The notes under the pieces were generated by a model that had not been told where the DNA came from, did not search any database, and worked only from the letters and a program-made list of their open reading frames with translations. From Selaginella moellendorffii (lineage: Eukaryota > Plantae > Lycopodiophyta): 64,000 nt of DNA. Below, piece after piece: positions 35,817-46,035 of this stretch; the first letter of the stretch is position 1; each line of letters starts with the position of its first letter. The stretch spans positions 70,318-134,317 of the forward strand of contig NW_003314314.1 in assembly GCF_000143415.4 (NCBI RefSeq). Direction: 5' to 3'. Both the position numbers and the translations under genes were made by a program.

Positions 35817-38800
35817 ATGGCCTTCAAGGTTGGGGAAAAGGTTTACATTTTGAATGGTGGGAAGAGAGTTGCAAAAGGGACCCTTGTGTCTATGGATCGG
35901 AACTTTGTTATACACTGTCAAAGGCTTGGGGAAGGCAATGCTGCTGTATCAGTAGAGACTGTCTTCGATGGAAATGTGGTCGCTATTGAACGAGGAGAGA
36001 TGGTCGTCGGGGTAAATGTTGTTGTTGCCTTGAAAAATCTTCAGAAGAAAGCAGATGTTGGGGACAGCGCAAGTGCGACGCATGTTCCCTCCGTGGATCT
36101 TAAGAACTGTGCTACATGGATTCAGGCGAAGGTGTTTCTAAACAACCCCGAGGGGGAGGTGGTAGCTGAGGGCTTAGCCACAGTTGTCGATCCAAGAGAT
36201 GCGGTTGCTAATCAAGAATTGGGCTGGGATGATATTGGAGTTGCGATTTTAGAGGTTGTTGACACAGAAGAAAATAGTCTGACTATTGGAAGCATTGTGC
36301 GGTGGAAATTGAGGCACTTAGTATTTGAGAATGTGAAGGATTCACAATCAAACACCACTACAACTAATGACAGAACATCTCTTCATGGGAAAAGAAAGTA
36401 CACCTTCCTAAAGCGCAGCCAAAGGGATCTGAGCAACGAACCGAAAAGGCAGAAAATGGCGATGGAGGTTCGAATGGTCTCGACAGTTGCTTGTTGCAAG
36501 AGGAGGTGCTGTCAACATGTTGATTGGGATGCTATTGAAGAGGAGAGAGCAAGATACAAGACATTGTCCTGGAAGGCAGCTCGCAATTTTGTGTATGAGG
36601 CATTACAGTCATCTGTTGATGCTTCAGAACATCAGGTGGGGGGCATGGTCTTCCAGAGGGGTTTGGTCTGCATGAAGGCATGGAGAATCATTTATGGAGT
36701 CCCTCGAACCACATTCTACAGAATCAAAACTGAGTTCGAGGAACAAAGGGTTCAACAGGCAGTCCATGGGAACGACGGTACGCACAAAACCCGGGGTCAT
36801 GTTGTATATGGAGAGGCAATCTTCAAGAGGTTTGTCGAGACATGTAGCGAGCAGCAACCACATAAAACCCGCCTCTTGGAAGATGGAACACGAGACACCC
36901 AACGAGTTCTCCCTTCCATGTATACCAAGGGGGCCATATTGGAAGATGTGAATCGGGAACTCCAGAGTAATGGCTACAGGAAGCTGAGCCAATCTAGATT
37001 TAGTAGATTGTGGAGCAACAGGTTCAGGGATGTGAGTATAGGAAAGTACTCTAGCTTTTCAAAGTGTGACGAGTGCACTGCTATCAAAATGGCTTTGTCG
37101 AAGAATTCTTGCAGCGCTCAAGAGCGAGAGACGTTGGTTAGAAGGCGGCTCGACCACAACATCGAGCAGAGAAGCTGCAGGACTGCATATTATCATAACA
37201 GGATTCTCTCCATGGAGAGACCTGACTCTTACCTTTGCATCATCCACGACAAAATGGACCAGAAAAAGACGTGCTTACCTCGACTCAATCCTGCCCCCAA
37301 GGCAATCTCTTCATCCATGCAGCTGCCTGTGTCTCTGTTTGGCATAATCGCTCATGGGCATGGTGCCCAGAACTATGGGAACTTCTTTGTACCTCTATGG
37401 GGTGGCGGGGGTGCAAACATGATGATTGCGTCCCTAGCAAAACACTTAAGGTCTCTGCAAAGTGCGCAGACTGAGCTGAACGGCCAACCCTTGCATAAGG
37501 CCCTTGTTGATCGAACCCCATACAGGGTTCAGCTGGAGGAGGAGCAAAGGCTTGCAGTATCGCGTGGGGCCCCATGCCATCCCAGTGAATATGTTGGCCG
37601 TCAGATTGTAGGGTTATCACGTGAGGCCTCATGCCATTCCGACGAGGCTGGTCGCCCGGTGAATGCACAGCCTCATCCAAACGAAGCAGAATCTCAAGGA
37701 AGTTCTTGCGGCCGATGTGGCCTTCCACCCCATCTTCTACTCCAAATAGACAATGCTGGCAGTGAGAACAAAAACATGTACGTCTTCGCGTACTTGGCGA
37801 TGCTTGTTGCCAAAGGCATATTTGAAACGGTTACACTTGGCTTTCTCATGGTTGGGCACACTCATGAAGACGTCGATGCCATGTTCAGTCAGTTGGCAGA
37901 GTCCAATGTCCTCACCCTCCCACAACTCTATGATGAATTCCAAAATTGCATCAAAGGCACTGTTGAAGCTGCACTTCTGATAGAGGTTCCAGACTTTAAG
38001 GGGTTTGTAAGAGGCTACATCAGGGACGGATCCGAAACGCTGATTGGCCACTCCAAGCCTCTTCAGTTTCATTTCAGCATGTGTGACGGTGCTCCAGTGA
38101 TGAGGTACAAGATGAGAGAATGGGACACAGTGTGGCTGCTAGTGGACGGCATTGAACTCTTCAAGAGAGATCCCATAACTGGGGAACCTATGATTCCTCA
38201 GGGTTCCCCACGGCCGATGCACCCGGATGGACTCAAAGACCAGGAAAGTATAGTGGCCGGGATTAGACAGCATATTGCCTTCTGGAAGAGGGGGTTGGTG
38301 TTTGGTGGAGAATCCTATTTTCAGAGGTGCAAGCCTTTGCTCGAATACTAGGAGAAGATTATATCTGCTATCCAAAATGGGCCGGTTGTATATGAAGAAT
38401 TAGAAGAGTCCTTTTGGCTAGAACCCAGAGCACCAGATAGTAGCGGAACAATGTCCTCTGGAAATGCAGTGACAGATAACGATGTTGAGGATCACTATTG
38501 TGGGCCGAGGAACAAGAAGCCGGATTCAGCATTCAATCCAGTACAGGTCTGCAAAGGAATGGTCGTGCTTGTCAGACCCAGTAATAAAAAACAAATGATA
38601 TGGGTGGGGCGCTGCATCACTGATGCAGAGGAGGACGCGGAAACTAACTCCTTCAATGTAACTGTGGAGTGGTTCAAGCCAAGTTCCGGATATACGAAGG
38701 ATTGCCTAGAAAAGAGATGGGTGCTGAATCCAAGGGATCCCAGCATGAGCATATCGGTGGATAATGTTGTGCATGGTTGGATGCGGAAGTAGAGTGCCAC

Positions 38801-38946
38801 CATCACCTTGCCAGACCATGCAAGAGATGCAGCAAGAGCATTCATAACCCGGGTTCAAGGTGAGATTCATTAATATTCCTTTACAAAGTTTCTAATGTAT
38901 TTTATTTCAAGGTGAACAATCCGAATCTGAATCAGAGGAGGCTTGA
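35817..38946 (+). pseudogene. Sola1-type DDD transposase with two in-frame nonsense codons
   Basis: 844-aa ORF with FSKCDECTAIK, IIHDKMDQ, LQIDNAGSENKN and FLMVGHTHEDVDAMFS; frame continues through TAG 38349-38351 and TAG 38790-38792; possible last intron 38860-38911. Confidence 0.85.
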
Positions 38947-39161
38947 TATAGTGTGTGAGGTAAAACAAAGATGATGTGACATATGCATTTACCAATCACA
39001 CGTGCATAAATCTAATAATATGGCGTGTGGCCCATATTAATGGCACATAAACCCATATTGTGGGCTTACGTGCTTTATGTACCATCATTCCCTTGCAGCG
39101 TGTGTGTTGGTTTCCTTTTATGACACAACGAACTCCATATTTTAGGGTGAAGAGCGTTCTC

Positions 39162-39419
39162 ATGGCAAGCACAAAATCTGTAAGTGAGGCAGAAAAGGAG
39201 ACGGAGAAGGAGATAGGTGAAGATGTAGAATATATAAGTCTTCCAAACTCCCCGTACTATACTCCAGGTGATCATTTTTCTGAACAAACAGCAACATTAA
39301 CAACTATCGAGAACGCCCCAGTAACGTCAGAGACAACAATCCAAAGCAAAACAATTGACCCGGAGAAGGATGATAGTACCGCTGAGAGTACCAAAAAGGA
39401 GGTGTCCACTAGCGCTTAG
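39162..39419 (+). CDS. Short acidic S/T/E-rich ORF downstream of the transposase (possible alternative terminal exon or third cargo gene)
   Basis: MASTKSVSEAEKETEKE...; acceptor-like TTTTAG at ~39146; flanked by palindrome copies. Confidence 0.25.
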   Translation: MASTKSVSEAEKETEKEIGEDVEYISLPNSPYYTPGDHFSEQTATLTTIENAPVTSETTIQSKTIDPEKDDSTAESTKKEVSTSA

Positions 39420-42400
39420 GCTTATAATGGCGTGTGCCCTCATGCCATTTACTTGATCACCAAATACTTTTTTCCCTTTGCACTAGTATATCTTAATACT
39501 GGTCTGAGAAATAGAATGGCATGTGCCCTCAGGCCTTTTACTAAATCACCTTTGAAAGAAATGCAAGCCTCTGTCGTAAAAAAAAGGTACTAGAGAAATT
39601 CCTTAATAATATAAATGTTATTTAGTTTCATGAAAATACACTAAGGGTGGTCAAATGAGTTAAATGACTTCTCCAGACTAGCAATGCCTCTTGCTACACC
39701 TTCACAATTAGATTCGTTAGAAAAAGATAACATTGAATAATATCTAAATGTTCTCACCATTAAGTGATATGTCTGGCTAATAGGAATGACGTTCATCTTG
39801 GAAAGCTCACCACACGCTCAATGAACAAACAAATAGTATGTGCGCGCATGCCATCACTCTTCTTTAGCTTCAGATTCGGCTTATTCACCTTGACAATGAG
39901 ATTTATTATACAACCAGATGGACTCAGTCTGGACATAAAGTCACCACGCTAGTCACCATGCCCCAGATATGTCTAGCCCCTGGACAAAAAACATATAATT
40001 TCACGTCATTTTCAAATACTTGAAAATTTGTACCTAGTCCCATTTTACTGAATAAATCCCACTTTAACGAAATAGAGCATAAATGTATTAGTGAGCTTAT
40101 TGCGGTTGAGTTGGATTCGAGTGGTCATTTAGTTTGTGCTTATCAATGAACCTTTATCTCATATCTGGGGTATTACGTTCATGTTGAATAAGTATATGAT
40201 TTGATGACAAGAGTTAGTGTTTGGATCTTGTGAAGGCAAGTTGAAGAGTGATTGTTGCCTTGCAACTAATGGTTGCTTATAAACTTCGTCGAGGACCTCT
40301 GATACTTACTTCCCTCGATGATGATTTAGCGATGATGGGTTTGCTTTACCGGATGGTATTGTTAGACTTACATGTTTTCCATGTTGGCATGTTGACTCTA
40401 CCTCTGTTGATATCATTTGGTTGCGTTTAGTTCATAGTGTCGGATTTCATTGAGTCTTGGATATGTGTGAGATACAAAATCCCTAGGCCCCAAAGTGGAG
40501 CCGGAAGGGTGCCACGTGGTAGTGGCCAAAGCGAAAGCCAAACGAGTGTAACACGTTTGGACTAAAAGCTCCGACTTGAAAGGTCGAGAGCGGGAATAGA
40601 ACTCCCAACAAAGTGCTCGAGGAATGAGCACGAAGCAAGCCATAAGCAAGGCTCTAAAAAGGGACCCGAAAGGACCAAAACATGACACGTGGAAGTGTCC
40701 GAGATGGAGTCTGAGGTGGACCCGAGATGGGACCCGAGATGGAGTCCGAGATGGAGTCCGAGGTGGACCCAAGATGGCCCCGAGATGGAGTCCGAGATGG
40801 AGTCCGAGGTGGACCCGAGATGGACCTGAGATGGAGTCCGAGATGGACCCGAGATGGAGTCCGAGATGGACCCGAGATGGACCTGAGTTGGAGTCCGAAG
40901 TCGAGACCGAGACCGAGATCGGGGCCGAGACCGAGTCCGAGTCCGAGTCCGAGTCCGAGTCCGAGTCTGAGTCCGAGTTCGAGTCTGAGAGGGTGAAAGC
41001 CCAAAGCGTTCGTCTCCCAGACCCTGGGGGGTTTGGTGAGCTCCAAAAGTATAGTAAGGGGGAGGACTGCAGTGGAGTCAGTTTGGCCAGGAAAGGCCAG
41101 TTTGGCCCAGAAAGGCTGGACCTAGTGTTGGGTGATGAGCTGCCCACTGGGAAGTCCAAGACTAGAGTGAACACGGACCGACAAGCGGGGTAGCTTGGTG
41201 AAGTGTTCAAGAGCCGGCTCTAGTTCCCCCGGGAGATCGACTGGCCGATGCTCCCAGTCCAAGTGTGGGTGGCACTACCTACTTGGATACCTGTCGTGGC
41301 TCAATGGAACCTCGCTCTAAGCCCATGGCTAGAGCACCTAAAGGCGGAAGGCGGGGAGAGTACCCAGGTGGCTCGCGTAAGGCCACGGTGTTTCGAAATG
41401 TTGTCCCAAAGGCCCAGACTGTGGAAAGGAAAAGGAGCAGTCCTCTGGGGTAGTGACCAAGGACACAGTCGTGTGGTGAGGAAGTCCCCGAGGACCGTGG
41501 GACTTAGTGGTCGGGCCTGTGGGCCTCGATCCAGTGGCAGTGTCGGCAAACACGGCCAGGGGCAGAAAGGGACTTAGTGGGGACTGACAGAGGGATACTG
41601 GGGAAGGCTATTCCCCTTGTCGGTGGGCATCCTAAGGATGCTAAAGAGTGGATCTGAGATGACCACTCACGGATGGTTTACCTAGTCTTGGAGAGCCAAG
41701 ACTGTGATGCAAGTGGTATTGGACTACCAGTGTGGCAAAGGTGATTGGGCATGGCCTTAGCGTAACAGGCTGCTATGTCGGTGGTACCTTTGAGTGTCGG
41801 TCGTGGGATCGGACACGTGGAGCACTTGGACCAAGTGCAAATGTTGAGTGGCATGGATGCCATTCTCGGGGCTAGCAAGTCCCAAGTCCTGAATTGGACT
41901 TATGGAGGTTGTGATTGAGACTCCTCCAAGTGGTCGGAGGTGTGGTTAAGTGACTAAAGTAGAATGGAAAATTTAGTCGCTTACAATTTGGTATCGGAGC
42001 TGTTCCTTAGTCTGACTTTTATTGGTGCTCAAGTATATCACCATTGATATTGGCATCGGAAGGTCCTAGGAGTGGGCCTATCCTGGAGGAGTAGCATGTC
42101 GAGAGGACATGGCTCTCCACTCAAGTTCATGCGTGAACTTGGGCACAATATGGTGGATAGAAAAGGGCCAATAATGGAATGACTTTGGGATCTTGGGAAC
42201 AGTATAAGGCCTCCTCAGAGAGCTGAGGATGTGATCCAAATGAACGTTTGACGCAGCAAACGGGCTAACGTAGTTGTGATAAACAACTATAGTTGGGATC
42301 ACGGGAAAGATGTAGACTCCAAAACAATAAAGGAGTCACAAGATTATCCTCAAATAGTTGAGGTTGGTACTCATGAATGTGAGACCAGAGGTAATGACCG

Positions 42401-45400
42401 TGGGAGGTCAAATATGGAAGAGGACTTAAGTCCTTGAAATGGTAGCTGGGGCTACCTTTAATAAATGTTGGAACAACCCAAGGAGTTGGGGGGTGTACTT
42501 AGAGATGAGTTGGTATTCTCATCACATGGACAAGTAGTCCTAAGGGGCAGAGGTTGCCCCAAAGAACAAAATCAAGTGTCAGAGTAACACTTGTGAAAAT
42601 AGTCCTTTTGAGTAGGACAGGAATGCAATAAGTGTATTCCAGTGAGCTAGTGCCTCACAAGTAGGACCTTACAGGTCTGTGGATTAACCAAGTCCAAAAC
42701 TGCTGGATGACTCAAGTAGAGTCAAGGGATGGTCCTAAAAGGACTGATGGAAGCATTTGGACTGAGGTGTGTTGTACCCCACGAAGGATGGGGGGGATCA
42801 TAGGATCCAAGGATGAGAACAAAAGGTATCTCATTGATGGCAAAATGTGCCATGCTAAAGTCGTGGGAAAGGTGTTCCCAAAAAGAAAACAACTTTAACA
42901 CAAAGTTGTGTGTGACCTCTATGGTGCAGTGCTAACAGATGGTTGGCATGAAAAAGAGCGGTATTGGTCTTGGCAAAGACTTAGACACAAAGAAGAAGTG
43001 TCATAGAGGTAGGCTCGTGAAGCCGATGGTGTGGAGACACCGAAGGTGCCAAGGTGTGCTGCCTTGAGGTCAAGTTGGCGGGTTCATGAGAACCCCGTCC
43101 AAAGGAATCCCAATGGAAATGGGAATGGCATAGCCTAAGCTGGAAGGCATGCGATTAGAGTGTGGTGACCCGGATAATGATGGAAGTGTGAAAGCACCAA
43201 GCAATGGGTTGTAGGACTTGACAATTATGGGGCAACTAAGCAAGAGGCGCAAGATAATTGGTTAAATGGGTAGAAGGTAGCTACCGAAGACTTCTTAATG
43301 GCATAAGGAAGTTAGATATACCCTTACGGGGGATAAATTGCTTATGTTGCAATATAGTAAGTCAATGTCGTAAACGGGAATGCTCATTGTCAGGAAGCCA
43401 TCATTGGGACACCCAAACACTCTAGAACACCAAGAGGTGGTGTTTCATGTCGCAAGGGCAATAGATAAGGCCCAAGGGACTAAGTCCCTAGCGAATGATG
43501 GATAGTAGGTGCTATCCAAATGTCCAAGGTTGTGGAGACAGGAGAAGACTGTCTACCCGAATTGGACAAAGCCAAAAATGGAATTTTGGCAAGGCTACTG
43601 ATGGGCATGTAAAGGCCCATAAGCAGCAACGTTAATCCCGATATGTGGGATTATAAAGTGAGCATGCCCAAGATTGAGGAACCACTCCCTATGCTATCGG
43701 GTAAGTTCATCCCTAAGAATACTTGCTAAGGCATAGTAAAATGTGCAAAGCTATCCTCCTAGTCTGGAGGAGAATAACCAAAGGAAACATATGGGGCCAA
43801 AAGGCAAGTAATATTGGGATGGAACTGAACTATAGAAATCAAAGGGCATATCCCACAGTGGTTATGCAAGTTGGGAGTGGAGAATCAAGAGGGTGCTCAA
43901 GGATGTTGTTGCTAGCAACCGTGAGGCCATGGAGAGTCTAAAATATGGAATTGTCCATGTTAGACTATATGGCAACTATAAAGCTTGCGAAAAGGGAGGC
44001 CTTAGCAAGCTGAGGGACAGAGTTCCTTCAAGGTTCCCAAAGACGATTCTAGGTAGCTTAGTACCTAGAAAGGCCAAGTGTAAATGGTTCATGGAACGCG
44101 CGAAATCAGAGTGGCGCAGTAGAAGCGTGGTCTTGAAGCTTGCCATGAGGCAAGGCTATCAAGGTTAGGGAAGTAGTTCCCGAGTGTTCAAAGAGAGGGC
44201 TTTGAACGAAAGTCGATGGTCAAGGACTTTCACGCTTATGCATGAACCATGTTCCAATGGTCGGAGGACTTGCCAAGCGAGATTGGCACATCGGGGGAAC
44301 AAATACCCTAATTGAAGGTGATAACTTCAAAAAAGGTGGGCCATGGGGCCGAGCATGGAGGAGTCCATGCATGATCACAGACATGTCAAGTGAGAGGACT
44401 TGGCAGTGTGGAGGAACTAGGTTCCTAAGCTGTGATTTGTAGCGCGCTTTAAATATAGGTTGGTGCACCGGCGTGGGGAGTCACGCCAGGCATCAGGTGT
44501 GATGCCATCCGTAGATGCATATACGGAGGTTGGGTTCGAGTCCCGACCCTCTAGTGCTTGGGTTCGAGTCCCAAATCACTAGAGCGTGGTGATAGTTTGG
44601 AATATGAGGACACTCATATTTCGGTGGTCATGGACTCTCAATGAGGAGATTGGCTTGGGCACACCGCCAAGCGAGGGATGCCCCGGAGTCGTGATGCACG
44701 GTTAGATTGCTTAGTGTGAAAGCTCGGCATATCTAACTTGAATGCTTTGGTGCAAGTGGCACCAAGGACGTGGTGAGTGAGATAGGGACACCTAATCTCA
44801 GTTGCTATGAACCCTTGGCCGTAAGGGCTAGCTTGGGTGCACTGCCAAGTGTGGGGGACGCCCCCGGGGTTATAGTCAACCACTTGAAGGTCTAGAAGAC
44901 CAAGTACCTCTTGGCAACTCTGTTAAGGTGCCAAGGTGAGATCACTAGGTGATCTTATGGCCAAATAAGGATGAGGTCCTTGGTTGGCTAAGGAATGAAG
45001 TTCCTGGTTCAAAATGTTGAAATTGAACTGTTTAAGGTGGTGTGGCTTGGTCATGATGACCAAGTGGGAAGAGCACCTAAGGGAAATAAACTATGTCCGT
45101 GCGATGGCATAGTGAGTCCGAGGAAGGTAGTCTCTATAAGAAACCCATGGGAGGGTCACGAAGTTGGGCCGTGGATAGAGCCCATAGCAGAAGATGCTAA
45201 AGAGACGTACTAGGGGTGAACATCCTCCGGACTTGGCAAAGAAGAGTCTTTGCTATGAAACCGAAAGGATACCTCAAAAATGGAGGTAGCAATCCTATGT
45301 TGTTGGGTGCAACAATCAAGGATAGAAGCAATGGACTAGTGGCCAAGATTGGGCCATGGAATTTAATGGAAGGGATCCAAATGGCAAAGTTAGCCAAGGA

Positions 45401-45904
45401 ACACTAATGTGTTTGATGCTAACAACTTGTGGGAAAGGAAGTGTGTTTCCAAGGATGGATTCCGAATTGCTCCGATTTGGCGAAAGTGGAAGCTCCAAGG
45501 GAGGGAACGGTAAGGTAGCCAAATGATAGGGCCATGAACAACCCTAGCACAAAGTATGATAAATGGAACTTAGTGCCCAAGGTGGTACGAAATAGAAGAA
45601 AGGATGATGGTGCCCTCAAGTAAAGAACTTCCTAAGATGGGGAAGTGGAGTTGCACAAAATGTGCAATGCAAGGTGTTGGAGACACCTAGGAAATTGACT
45701 TCCAGAGGTCAAAGAGTAAAAGTTCCAAGGTGCAAACGTTCCATAGATGGAAATTGAGACTACTCGAGAAGGAGTAGTGGGATTGACTTAGAGAAGGGTC
45801 TCTAAGAGGTTTAGCGAGAACTAAACCAAATAAAAGGAGAGAACCACTACATGTGGTCCAATCAGTCTCTAAGTTGGAGAGACTACCCTCCTTAGAGGAT
45901 GGGC

Positions 45905-46035
45905 AAGGCATGGTGAGCCTTTAGTGTCAAACCATTAACGAATATGCAGAAGGCATGGTGACCCTTCAATGTTAAACCATTGACGAATACAGAGAAGGCA
46001 TGGTGAGCCTTCAATGTCAGACCATTGACAAATAT
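45905..46035 (+). repeat. ~45-bp tandem repeat x3 upstream of the family B PPT
   Basis: AAGGCATGGTGA(G/C)CCTT...TGTCAAACCATT(G/A)ACGAATA repeated three times. Confidence 0.75.

Larger units (their letters stand above)
27001..39538. repeat. Dispersed 24-bp palindrome family, consensus AATGGCRTGWGGCCWCAYGCCATT (~24 copies), seen only inside the Sola element
   Basis: Copies start at ~27001 (half), 27289, 28366, 28441, 29656, 29847, 29988, 31460, 32737, 32797, 32874, 33643, 33778, 33937, 34016, 34857, 34929, 35544, 35642, 35712, 37558, 37615, 39019 (partial), 39426, 39515. Confidence 0.9.
26904..40080 (+). mobile_element. Sola1-like DNA transposon, 13.2 kb, carrying a cargo gene
   Basis: 24-bp TIRs AAGCTCTATTTCGTTAAAGTGGGA (26904-26927) / TCCCACTTTAACGAAATAGAGCAT (40057-40080), 1 mismatch; TSD AAAT (26900-26903/40081-40084), fitting the AWWT preference known for Sola1; empty site 2999-3002; transposase inside. 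Confidence 0.88.

Noticed and set aside
27001-39538. CRISPR array or MITE family as explanation for the 24-bp palindromes
   Set aside because: Spacing is irregular (tens of bp to kb), there are no cas genes, the context is eukaryotic, and I saw no TSDs around individual copies.
44510-44600. tRNA gene
   Set aside because: Only T-arm/B-box-like motifs; no cloverleaf could be folded by eye.
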